This document shows, piece by piece, positions 26,291 through 39,100 of a stretch of 64,000 nt of DNA. Numbering within the stretch: the first letter of the stretch is position 1; each line of letters starts with the position of its first letter. The notes under the pieces were generated by a model. The model was not told the origin of the DNA and did no database searches. It saw nothing but the letters and a program-made list of their open reading frames with translations. Where the stretch lies: assembly GCF_018977255.1 (NCBI RefSeq), contig NW_024704756.1, positions 16,554,001 to 16,618,000 of the forward strand. Direction: 5' to 3'. The position numbers and the translations under genes were made by a program. Origin of the DNA: Callorhinchus milii (taxonomy: Eukaryota).

Positions 26291-28420
26291 ATGGGGATGA
26301 AACTGATTCTCCTAAGTTTGCTGATTTGTGTAGTAAAATCAGAGCCTGTGCTGCTGAAAGAGCAAGGTCCCATCCTGGGAGATAGCACCGTAAATCTGGG
26401 TCTCAGCCTATACCAGACCATGATCAAGGACCAGAAATTGCGATCTCAGAACCTTCTCTTCTCACCTGTGGTGGTGGCTTCGTCTTTGGGTGTGATGTCC
26501 ATGGGAGCCAAAGATAAAACAGCCAAGCAAGTGAAGTCCCTCCTCAACATCAACCTGAACGATGACACCCTCCACTCTGCCTTCTCGGAACTTCTTAACG
26601 AGGTCAGTAACGAGACTGCCCGCAACACCACCTGGAAGATTGGCAACTGCCTCTACGCACCTACCTCGGTCAACGTCCGAGATGACTTTGTTCAGAAAAC
26701 CAAGACCCACTACAAGTACGACCATTCCCAGATTAACTTCAAAGACCAGAGGAGCGCATTGCGATCCATCAACCAATGGGCCTCCCAAGCAACAGAGGGC
26801 AAACTGTCAGAAATCACAGCAGCCCTGTCCAGCACAGACGGTGCCTTTATCATCAATGCCAATTACTTCAAGCGTGAGTATTGCAATCAAAAGTCAACAA
26901 TGTGTCATGAAACACAAGAGTCTATATAAATATATTTCATAGGCAAATACCAGGCTATAAATGTGATGCTCTTTGTTCTCTTTGACAGCTCATTGGGATG
27001 AAAGTTTCCAACAGACAATGGTTGATAAAAGAGGATTCATAATCACACGAACCCACACAGTTTCTATCCCGATGATGCACCAAATAAGTAAGTGTCAGAA
27101 TTATCTAATTCGGATTTCACGTTGTCATATCTAATGACGGTGCAAACTTGTGTTTCTTTTGTGAACTACACAAGAATAATTCTCGCCCTTCGACATAGTA
27201 ACGAGACTGCCCGCAACATATATCACGTTGAAACATTGCAAAGCATTTCACAACCAAGGTCAGTAAGTCCCCGAAGACATGAAAGGGGCTGTATAAATGC
27301 AAATTGTTGTTGTTGAGTTTGGATCTTACAACTTCTGATCAGGAGTCGAGAATGTAACTCCCAACAGAGCAAACCTAACATCTAAATGTGCTCACAAGAC
27401 AAGGCTCCAAATCAAAGGAAGGTTGCTGAGACTTGATGTTTGGGTCTTCCTGACCTGAAAGACGCTATTTAAATGCGAATTGTTGTTGTTTACCATTCCT
27501 CACGTGGTATCGCTAATTGAAATTTTCAGGATTGTGCAACTACTATGAAGACAACGCTAATTCACTTCAGGTGCTGGAGCTGCCTCTGAGTCACAAACAT
27601 TCCAGCATGATCTTTATAATGACCAAACACATAGAGCCACTGGCCAGACTGGAGAAGTTGCTGACAAAAGAGCAGCTCAATACTTGGATCGGCAAGCTGG
27701 AGAGACACACAGTTTCCATCTCTCTCCCCAAAGTCAACTTGGAGGTCAGCCACGATCTACAGGTAAGAGCTGTCCTGAGCCTCTCAAGTACCCGATGGAC
27801 TGGAGACTCAGGTTTTGTTCTGCCACCATTAAACATAATAATAATAATATAACATGCAGTCGATGTTCATTGATTGTTGAGAGCAGTAATGATAGCTGAC
27901 TTCACCTCTACTCCCTCCCCACACCACCACCCCCACCGCCAACGTTAGCCTAGTTGAGGACAATTGTAGTGCTATAGATCATCTCAGGAACCTTTGCTTC
28001 TGTAAGGCCGTTTGCCAGTGTGATGTACCAAGAAGTTGATACGCCTTTTTTTAAATAAAATGGACAGTTCAGGAATTTGAAATAAATTTTAGAATCTTGT
28101 TTTTATTCTTTGCCATTTAGAAATACCTGCAAGAGTTGGGCTTGACCGAGGCTGTGGACAAGAACAAAGCTGACTTCTCTGGTATCACGGGTAAGAAAAA
28201 CTTGCACTTGTCAGGCATGTTACATGCCACAGCTATCGACTGGGACACGGAAGGAAACCAGTTTGACCAGGACTGGAATTCCCCAGAAATAACGAAATCC
28301 GCCAAAGTCTTCTATGCCGATCACGCTTACATCTTCCTGATCCGAGACAACAAAACCAACTCCATATTGCTCATCGGAAGACTGGTCAAACCCAAAAGTA
28401 ATGATCACGATGAACTGTAA
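26291..28420 (+). CDS. SERPINH1: HSP47/serpin H1-like collagen chaperone paralogue, 404 aa
   Basis: Exons 26291-26873, 26989-27087, 27530-27762, 28121-28420, phases consistent. Signal peptide MGMKLILLSLLICVVKS. HSP47 motifs PHWDE, EPLARLEKLLTKEQL, GLTEAVDKNKADFS, FYADH. C-terminal ER-retrieval HDEL. The symbol is family-level; this is probably a paralogue. Confidence 0.88.
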
Positions 28421-30710
28421 ACTTGAAACTCTGCCACGCACTGTGCATTCATCCATGCACTCAACTTCTGAGAATAGTTCCTTTTTGTGGTATTCTGAAC
28501 ATGTTAAGGTGGATAGCTTAAGTCAAATATACTGCAGAATAAACCTAGGTTCAATAACACTTACATATTTTTTGGGGCCCATTAAAACAACTTGCACTTA
28601 TATAGTGCCCTTCACATACAATACCGTCACTCAATCGTGTTTAAATGATGGGACAATATTGATGCATATATGTTTTTCTGCTTTGCTTTACACTTAAGAC
28701 CGACACAGGAGTGGTTCAGGAGAATATTTTTGGTAAACTGATGGCAGGAGGCAGGCAGGGGCAGGAGGAACCAGATCTGTAACAGAATTTGAAGTAGCAA
28801 CTCTGCCAATAACTGGACTTTGCTCACTTTGACCCAAAGGAACATGTTCACCTCAGACTGTAGTAGGTGGTGTAACATGACACATCTAAGACCTACAACC
28901 TGTGATCTCCTGGGTTCAAACCCTATATCAACTGCTTCATTGATCAAGTCCCTCCACTTCGCCCCCTCTCTGGTCTCCTTCAAGACCCATCTTTTCCACC
29001 GCGACTTCAGTCACCCTCCTACCCGTACCCTCCAACCCTCCTGATCCCAGTGCAAATCCTCGACTGTCCAGGACCTTAGGATGTCCTCCCGATGTGAAAG
29101 GCACTATGCAAATGTAATTTGTTGTTATTGTTGTTCTTGCTCAGACTGCATGGGAAGGCAAGTTTTTGTTGTATTAGTTTTAAGATCATTCCATTTAGCG
29201 GAATTTCAACAGGACATGTTAAGTCCAGGAGAATCTTTAGTGAGTAAAGGAAAGCTGGAAAATCGTTTAGATAATAACATTTCACTTTAAATCTTTGTTT
29301 TGAGTAGATCAACAGTCAATTTTTAAATGTTAATAGAATCATTTCAGGGAACAAATATTTTTCTTCGGATGTCCTCCTGACACGAGAGGTGCTTTATAAA
29401 TCCAATTTGTTGTTGTTTTTACATTCATCACAGTTATTTGTAGAAGAAACCAAAACGCATGAGTGTGCTGCAGGGATTTCACATCTAATTGTATTTTTGT
29501 ATGTTTGACCTCGACTTATCTTCGATGTTCTTATTAAAAGATAAATTAATCACCCGCCTCTTTCTTTGTTACAGAAATTCATGTAGGTTACATTCAACTT
29601 TCCTTACTCCATATGTCTGTTTACCGAGCAGTAAGTAGGAATCCGCTTGTTAGTCGATTGGTAGATCGCTTTTCTCAGAATAATCCCTCCCCCCAAAAAT
29701 TTGGTCAATCAATCCACAACTGCTGTGCGCAATGGGCTGCCGCATTTCGCCCACAAAACAGTCAGTTCACTTCACAGTATATCCTGTGAAGGGCTTTGAG
29801 ACGTCTCAAAGACGAGATAAGGCGCTATGTCAAATGCAAAGATTATTATTATTATGAAACTAAACATTAACAGGGTAGCAATGATCGCTACAGAATCACG
29901 CACGGTTAGGAGCGAGTGAAGAGGCAAGGGCGGAATTCTATGTTAGAGCTAAGCCAGTTAGTGAGGACACTAAAAAGGACGTCCAAGGTGTCAAGTTTTT
30001 TTTTAATTATGCAACTTATAATTTACAACACGGAAAAAATAATCAATTCTCTTAGCGAGTTCCGTCCAGCTGCTGTGAGGAAGTGCGATGGATGTCTTCA
30101 CCACTGGAACTAGTTTCAAATGCGCTCGGGTTGAATTCGGCTGATGCCGATTCCAGGAGTAAATAATTTCCAACGCAAATAAAAAAGCCATTTCCTAAGA
30201 ATTCACCAGTTTTTTTTAAACTAACAATACTATTGAAAATTGGCAAACAGATCGGAATTTCTGGTTCAGAACAAAACATGGGTGTTCTGACCCTATTAAT
30301 TGCTCCTCACTAAATTTGACTTTAATATTACAACTATGCAATTCTTAAGCACTCTCCTGAGACCATCATTTGTGTATGATGTTCCCAATCCCACTGGCAA
30401 ATCCTCTTCTTATTACAGTTTACTACATTGCTGGAAGTTTCAAAGAGCACAGAGCAACATGACTTGGCTTCCACCGTAGCTTCACAGCAGTCACTAAACC
30501 ATTTTGTTTTAAATAATAGAAGGCACCACCAACAACGGGATTGAGTTTCTGAGACTGAGAAACAAGGAATGTCCTCACAATGGGGGGGGAGAGGGGATAG
30601 AAATAGGAGCGGTGCAAATAACAAACCATATTGGTTTAGGTTGCGGGTCACGGTGCACCTTCAGAGGCTCTCGGCCGAGCTGTGACTCGGGCTGCGGCTT
30701 GCACAGGGAG

Positions 30711-33668
30711 TTAGCCCATGTTGTGCCTGTTGCCGTAGCCCCGCCGGTGTGTGTCCTTCCACTCGTCCTTCTCCCGGGCGTTCCGCAGGGCTTGTTCGTC
30801 GTCTGCGTCCGCTTCGCTGCTGCTTGCGGTTTCCTGATTGTCATCCTGCTGCTCACCTGGGAAAGCAGAACACTGTGTGAAAGCTCCCGCAGCCTGGCAG
30901 CCAGCGTGTAAATGTACATTGTGGTTCTGCAGAGGAATCAGCAGCTTCCGAAGGTATTGTTACTCTTACCTGGCCGGCCTCGGGGTATTCCCTGATCAGG
31001 CAGCATGCTGTGCTTCTTGTGCTCCTCGTACCAATCATCAACAGTCATTGTAGCGAGACTGGGGTACCCAGCGCCAAACACTCTACGGAATCAATCACAC
31101 AATATAATAATTCTCTCATTTGATACCACGTCACCGAGACATCTCAAATCGCTTCACAGGAGTCAGTGAAGACTTGATGGGCTGAATGGCCTCCTTCTGC
31201 GCTGTAAATTTCTATGCTTCTAGCCAGGGCCCTGGTTGGTTTGAGACTCAGGAAACAGGACAGACTAATGCAGTACTTATTTACTACGTTCAGTACTTAC
31301 TTGGCTTGAGCTGCATTTCGGGTTAGGATGAAGGGTGGCATCGGAGCTCGCTGTGGCCTTGGAGGCTGGGGCTGCTCAGGAAACAAACAGATTAGTAGTC
31401 ACAGGAACCCTTTACATCTCAAAAAAAGTCATTTTAAAAGCAACTTAAGTGCCAATTCCAGCGTGGTCTAGATACAGTGAAGACAGACAGCTGAAAGAAA
31501 GTGGGACGGACACTATGAGCATGTTTGGAAGTACAGCCATAACACTTACACACTAAAAGCTGCTTGTGAGGTTATATGTCAGGATAACGACCTGGGCTTG
31601 TCCAACAGTTCCCTTTCACAGCTGGGGGGAGGGGGAGAGAGCAGCTAAACCCAGGCCAGTGCAGTAGGATCTCTATGTGCAAAGGAATGATTCCTATCTT
31701 TTGCTTCCGTATCAGGCAAGTACACAACACAATGTACATTTATATGACAGCTTTCACATCAGGAGGACATCTCAAAGCCCTTCACGCACGCTGGCCGGGG
31801 GGGTGGGGGGAGGGAGATTAAATATTCGCCCACAAAATATACAATCAATTCACTTTACAGTATATTCCGTGAAACGCTTCGAGACAACAACAACTTGCAT
31901 TTATACAGCGGCCCTCACGCAGGATAGTGCCCGAAAGCGCTTGACAGTGGCGCTTTGGGACATCGCAAAGACATCAGAAGACGCTATATCAAATGCAAGG
32001 ACTATTATTATTCACACAAGATTAATATTAAACAGCGTACCCGTTTTACTCCAATCATTCTTTTCAAGATTTGAATCTCCTGGTCTATGCTCTCGATCTC
32101 TTCGATGCTTATGCTTATCCACCGCTTCAAGTTCAGTCCATAAAACGTTCTCGTCAGCTCGTCGTCTGCTTTTCCGGAGGAGACGAGCGAATTAATCTCC
32201 TTCAATTTGGCTTCAGTTTCTTTCTTCTGATTATACCTGGTTGGTAGTGAATCAAAAACATGGGGAGGGAGAAGAGTGGAAAATAGTTATTTCAGAGCAT
32301 TGCTGTCCACGTTAACGTGCACTTACGCTCACTCAATGAGTATAAGGTTTCGAAAATTATTATATATTTTGAAAATGAAGAACGGTACCTTTCGATTTTA
32401 CTCTGTCTGCTCGCTGCCATCGATAGGAGGCTGGGCTGACTGATGGCTGCTGGAGCAGTGGGTCGAGCGAGCGCCTTGCTACTGTCGTCGCTGTTCTCCT
32501 CCGTTTTGGGGAGTTCGAAGACCATGACATTATAGTCTTTGCAACGTTTCAAGAAGTCTGTAAAATAAATCCGGGCCTTCTGTACGTGTTCCAAGCGCTT
32601 TGCGGAATTACTCAGTTTCATGGTGAGAGCTCCGAGCAAGGCTGGGAGTAACAGGTACTTAACGTCTGCTGTCGCTATCTCTTCCAGCTCTTCGTTACGA
32701 CTGGAAAGAGATAAAAAGCAAGTTTAGTCTACAGTAAGTGAAGTCAGACTTACGTTCCCACGCACTGTACTAAGCTGCACAGTCGCTCAATGCCGCTCAA
32801 ACCTCCTCACAACTATCAGTCAGGCTGGTGCGGCAATGTGAGCGGGAGCGATCTGATCCAGGCAAGTGCATACCCCGCGAGAGAGCGAGCGACACACACA
32901 CACACACACGCAAAGAAACAGTTACAGGGGCAGAGCGCAAAAATAAACACAACCCCTTGCAACGCGTTACAGCGACTTATCACACGGTCAGGACGGCTCA
33001 AAACGCTTCACGGGGTTTTACTCTGAACCGCGGTGACTGTATTTGTAGGCGACAGCGACAGCCAATTCGCCCACAGCGACATCACGCAAACAGCCATGAA
33101 ATGAGCGACCGGTTTTATTTGGGGGGGTGGGGGGTTGGGGGGTGGGGGGGTGCTGGTGGGCTGGCCACTCGGGTGGGAGAGAAACCCCCTCACGTCTTTG
33201 AATAGCACCAGAGGATATTCAACGGGCAGACGGGGAGTTTGGTCTCATCCCAAGGACAGCAGCGCTGGCGATGGAACGCCCCCCCCCCCCCCCCTCAGCC
33301 CAGACTGTGAGCTCAAACCCCAACATGTGGCCTGAACCCCCCAAGTCCCGGGTTGAACCCCGAGTCCACACGCGGAGCGATACCCACTGACCTCTGAGCG
33401 GTCAGGACGCAGAAGACCTTTAGCCTGAAGGGCCCCATCGGGACCTGATCCTTTCTTTGGATCACCCACCAAACACCCCCCACTCTCCCCCCGGGATTCC
33501 CCCCCTCCCCCCACCCAGGAGCCCCCCTCCCCTTCCCCCCCACCCCAGGAGCCCCCCTCCCCTCCCCCCCCCCCCCCCCCCCCCCCCCCCACCCCAGGAG
33601 CCCCCCTCCCCTCCCCCCACCCCAGGAGCCCCCCTCCCCTTCCCCCCCACCCCAGGAGCCCCCTCCCC

Positions 33669-33708
<40 letters not shown>

Positions 33709-34317
33709 ACCCCAGGAGCCCCCCTCCCCTTCCCCCCCACCCCAGGAGCCCCCCTCCCCTTCCCCCCCCACCCCAGGAGCCCCCTCCCCTTCCCCCCCTC
33801 CCCTTCCCCCCCACCCCAGGAGCCCCCCCCCGAGCCCCTCCCCTTCCCCCCACCCCAGGAGCCCCCCTCCCCCCCACCCCAGGAGCCCCCCCCCCCCCCC
33901 CGGGCCCCCTCCCCTTCCCCCCCCCCAGAGCCCCCCCCTCCCCCCCCCCCCCTCCCCCCCGTGCCCCCCCTCCCCCCCGGGCCCCTCCCCCCCGGAGCCC
34001 CGCTCTCCCCCCCCCCCTCTCCCCCCCCCCGGGTACCTGAACAGCCCCAGTTGGCTGACCAGGCGCGTGGCCTCCTCCAGAAGGCCCACTCCGCGCCGCA
34101 CTGTGTACTGGAAGCCGTTGGAGTTGGACGGTTGGTCGCTGGTCTCCGCCTCCTCCAGCGCCCGCCACCCGCCCTCAAACATGTCGGACAGACTCGGGGC
34201 CTCTCCGCCGCGACCGCCGATGATGATGATGTTACTGTTCCTGACGCCGCTGCTCTCGGCCACGACCGCGGGCGGCAACTCCAGCTCTGCCTCCGCCTCC
34301 GCCGCCGCGGCCGCCAT
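30711..34317 (-). CDS. IGBP1: Immunoglobulin-binding protein 1 (alpha4/TAP42 family PP2A regulator), 372 aa
   Basis: Exons 34317-34037, 32700-32389, 32236-32041, 31371-31301, 31082-30970, 30856-30711. Motifs [71 protein letters not shown]. Confidence 0.95.
33470..34032. repeat. C-rich tandem repeat (CCCCACCCCAGGAGCCCCCCTCCCCTT-like) with poly-C runs in IGBP1 intron 1
   Basis: Directly visible; G-rich on the IGBP1 sense strand. Confidence 0.95.
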
Positions 34318-34334
34318 TGCTCCAGCGGCTCTCA

Positions 34335-34842
34335 CCCCCCACAGCGCCCCCCACCGGCACCACACCCCCACAGCGCCCCCCACCGGCACCACACACCCAC
34401 AGCGCCCCCCACCGGCACCACAGCGCCCCCCACCGGCCCCACACACACACACACACACCCCCACAGCGCCCCCCACCGGCCCCACACACACACAGCGCCC
34501 CCCACCGGCCCCACACACACCCACAGCGCCCCCCACCGGCCCCACACACCCACAGCGCCCCCCACCGGCCCCACACACACAGCGCCCCCACCCACACCCC
34601 CACAGCGCCCCCCACCGGCCCCACACACACACACCCCCACAGCGCCCCCCACCGGCCCCACACACCCACAGCGCCCCCCACCGGCACCACACACCCACAG
34701 CGCCCCCCACCGGCACCACACACCCACAGCGCCCCCCACCGGCACCCCACCCCCCCACCGCCCCCACACACCACACACCCACAGCGCCCCCCACCGGCAC
34801 CACACCCCCACAGCGCCCCCCACCGGCCCCTCACACCCACAG
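34335..34842. repeat. Minisatellite CACAGCGCCCCCCACCGGC(A/C)CC + (CA)n spacer, ~15 full copies
   Basis: Counted directly; begins ~20 bp upstream of the IGBP1 ATG. Confidence 0.95.
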
Positions 34843-36143
34843 CCCAAGTTACTGAGCGCTGGAGAGGTACTGCACCACTAACATTAATAATAATCATCGC
34901 ATTTTTGACGTTGAGCCTTACCCCATTGTTGAGACGTCTCTAAGCGCTTCATGGAATATACTGTAAAGTGTAGTGACTGTGTATTTTGTGGGCGAAACTA
35001 ATTTGACAAACGCTGGTTTATTGAGAGCAACAACAACAAAATCACATTTGTAAAGTGCCTTTCACATCGGGAGGTCGTCCCAAAGCGCTGAGCAACATCT
35101 AACACGGAGACTGTGGCCCTCAGTCGGGATGATGATGAAGCCTTGTTTGGGGCAGTGGAGTCACTGGAAGCCAAGCAATTGGACTGTGCTGTAGGGTGGA
35201 GTGGAGGGACGTCCGTTTGGTTTCCTGCTATGGGCTGTTGATGGGATGGGATGGGGGGGCTGATATTGGGTGAGGGTCGGCTCCTTGGGCCGAGTAGTCA
35301 ACAGTCTTTGGCACCAGGTCCCAGGAAGTTAGGAAGCGAAAAACGATGATTTGTCATTACTTCTAACTTAGGAGCTTTCGCTATGAGGGCAGTTTGTGGA
35401 ACGTTCTGTGGGCTCCATGATATTGTGAAATAAAAAAATAATCCAATTACGGTAACTAACCGTCATCTTAGAGTAAACCGGACCAGAGGTTTGGCAAAAC
35501 AACAGCTGCTGCAACTGCTATCAGGAAGCACATTGGGTACTCTCTGGAATTAGTAAGCAGGATGCTTCCCTTCAGGGAGAGAGAGAGAGCACATTCCCTT
35601 CCAGCAATTATTAGGGATATACTGACATGCTGGGATTTCATACAGGGCTCATTGCTTTTGTGATTAATACTAATAATAATCCTTGCATTTAATATAGCGC
35701 TTTTCATGTCTTCTAGATGTCTCAGAAAGCGCATCACAGAACATACCGTAAAGTGAATTGACTATATTTGTGGGCAAAAATATACAGAAAACTTGGTGAA
35801 AAATCCCACACACATAGCCTATTCACTGGCTCTGCTCCCATCCTTGCACTTGGAGTTTCCCTCAGCCTTTAAATAGCTCACATTCAAGAATTAAAAAGCA
35901 GAAATGACCCTTGGTTTTCTTCTCCTCACTCACAACTTTTGCTTTGTCTCATTGCATTCAGAGAGCGTTGTCAAAAATTCATTTCCTCTAAAATTCCGTT
36001 CAGGAACAAAGAACTATCATCAAAGTCGTGAGCACAGAGCAGCTGTACATCACACGGAAAAAATATTCCGTCCTCTCGGTCACGCTTTCGTGTCGGCTTG
36101 CCCCGAGTCTGAACGGCCACTTTGGAGGAAAATCTTGTGAAGT

Positions 36144-39100
36144 ATGAAATCAGGCATCATGATCTTGGAAATGCAGACTTCATTGCCGAAAAGCAGCACC
36201 GAGCACTTGTTTAAGGTGATTGTAATCGGCCAGTTCAGGGTGGGAAAGACTTCCTTTATTCAACGCTACGTGAACGGACTCTTTACTGAGAATTACAAGG
36301 CTACGGTGGGAGGTGAGTGTTGCCCTCTGATGTCTGTGACAAACCCCTTCACTCCCTGTTCCTCTCACAACAACAAAATTACATTTATATACTCTGACTC
36401 TCTTCCTCCTTGATACATTAAAAACATACCTTCTTCACCGCACCTTTGTTCAACACTTAAATCCTCCTTCCTCTCACTGCTCCCTCTGAAGTTCTGAGAT
36501 GTTCATCCTGTGTGAAAGATGCTCTAGGAGTGCACGTAGATAAATAATAGTAGTAACGCTTGCATTTGATATAGCACCTTATCACATCGTTGAGACATCT
36601 CAAATCGCTTCACAGGATATATTGTAAAGTGGAAGTTGTGGTGAGCTCTGGTTTTTAGTGAAGTCTTTGATTAGTTGTTGGTGGCATGGGCAGGGGTGGG
36701 GGGGTGGGAAGGCAAGTTTCCCCCCTTTTTATTTCCAATAGTATTCTGAGTTGATGGCCTCCTGTTGCCATTTCACAACTAATTTGGTCTCAAAAAATAT
36801 GATCCAATATGCACTGCAATAGCAATCTTTGTGATGTCTCCATGTCTCAATAGAAGGACGATTAATATACTCTTTCCAGGTGTACATTTAAGAATTGGGT
36901 AGGGTGAAATCCTTCTCAAATCTTAATTGGTTTGTTCAATTAAAATCTCTGTTTACAATACTGGGTCTGTTCATCTTTCAACTGCAGCTCAGTTTTGAAT
37001 CTGCATCCCGACCAACATGCCTCCAGATAAGATCAATTTGTTCAAGTTCCGGCTACAAACGCAGTTACTACACTTAGCAGCAATGATTTAGGAAATGTTT
37101 CGAGACTCTTTGACATGAAAGGTTGCTATAAAAAGTTTTTGTTCTTTTATCAGTGGATACAACCCACTAAGACCTCAGGTTCCTTCCTCAGGACCCGATA
37201 TTCTTCCTCTTCTGGTTCCTTCATTCTTGTCAGCTCCACTTGCTGACCATGACACATCCTGTTGATCTTTGTGATGGCAGCGCTGTCGGATATTTGTTTA
37301 ACCATCGTGATCCTGCCTTGGTTGCTAGCAGTCTCGCCTCAAGCCAGAAGATCGCAGGTTTAAATCCTGTATTGGATTTTGAGCGGTGTGTACTCGTTCA
37401 GGTTAAAGATCCCATGGCACTACTCGAAAAGGGAGTTTCTCTTTCTCACTGTCCTGCCTGACTATCCCACAGATAAAATTGGTCACTCACTTCACAGCTG
37501 TTTTGGGACATTGCGATGGGCATCTTGGCTTGTAAGATTGCTTACAAAAGACACGGTCTCTACATGCACTTGACAGAGCTAACTAAATAGATGTGATAAA
37601 ATGTAGTAATCACTGTTCTAATTTGTGACATATCCTTTTAATCATAGTGGACTTTGCAATGAAAACCATCAAGTGGACAGAAAATGACATTGTGAGGCTG
37701 CAGTTCTGGGATATTCAAGGTAAGACTGCTAGGTAAAGATTATAGTCAGTTCCAGTTTAGTCTACACACAATAACAAATTGTATTTATGTAGCGCCTTTC
37801 ATGACAGGAGGACGGGGTAACGGGGAACCAGTCTTAAGTCCTATGAACATTGCATCTCCTCACGTGAACCAAGTCTTTCCCACTTCAGAAGTGAGAGAAG
37901 GGAAAAGTCCACCTGAAATCATAGAAATCGCTGCACATCTGCAGTGGCTATTTGACCCACCGTGTTTGTCTGGTGCTTACTCCCCTCTCCCCCACTCGGA
38001 GTCGCCTACTCTAATCTCAATTCAAAGCAATTATCACAACAGCAACACTGTGAAGGGTGGCTCAAAATAGTGAATCTCTTTAAACACATCCCTTTGTCGT
38101 TGATAGGGCAGGAAGACACAACAAAGATGACCAGAGCTTTCTACAAGAATGCAGCAGCCTGTTTGATAATCTTTGATATGACATCCGAGAGGTCCTTTGA
38201 ATTCTGCAAGGAGCTAAAAGAAGCTGTGGATTCCGAAGTTTGTGACAAATATGAGATGCCCATTCCATGCATCCTGCTGGCCAATAAGGTACTGAGACCC
38301 AAGAGGACTTATTACTAAAATAGTAACAATTGATTCAGCAGCTGTTATTGCAGGTATTTGGTATGGATTGGTTGCTTTGGTCTACATTAATATAATAATC
38401 CTTGCACTTAATAGGGCCATATCACATCTTTGAAACATCTCAACACACTTCACAGAATATACTGTAAAGTGGAGTGACCATATATTTTGTGGGGGAAAGG
38501 TTGCCCTAGGCCAATGGTAGTGGCCATTGGGAAGCTTGACCTAGGCATTCTTGATGCTGACATTAGATGAAAGCAGTAACGTCCCTGACATTGATGTGCA
38601 TAAACCAAAGATTCCTTGGTCTTACAACCCTAGATAGATATCTGTTCAGAGCTAAACTCACAGATGGAATGGGCCAATGCACACACACACACAGCTATTA
38701 TAGGCGAGAGAACGTGTTCTATTTCAACCACTTATAACAATGTCACATTTATTCATTAAAAGGCACCTCAAAGTTCACATGCTCAAGCATTGGTCTTTTA
38801 TTTCAGTGTGATTTAAAGGAGTGGGCGGTGACGAGGGAAAGAGTGGACCAGTTTTGCAGTGAATGCAACTTTCTGTGTTGGAAAGAGATTTCGGTCAAGA
38901 GAAACGAGCAACTGGAAGAATCTGTCGGGTAAATAAAAGCTATAAGATAGTTACTCTTGTCGAGTTACTCAGACCTCAAGATTCAGACACCGCTAGTTTA
39001 AGTGCAACACCATCAGCTTGCCTTCTTTGGTAACATACTTATCACAGGGGTTGTGGGGTCAAGTCCCTTATTAGGTCTTTGAGCTCACTGTATAGACTGA

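Noticed and set aside
34335-34842. Repeat-spacer pattern resembling a CRISPR array; CACAGCG resembling an RSS heptamer
   Set aside because: Vertebrate DNA with low-complexity, non-unique spacers and no cas genes; no nonamer at 12/23-bp spacing.
33245-34943. Long Gly/Pro/Val-rich ORFs (up to 496 aa) on both strands
   Set aside because: They result from stop-free G/C tandem repeats. Only 34317-34037 is a real exon (IGBP1).
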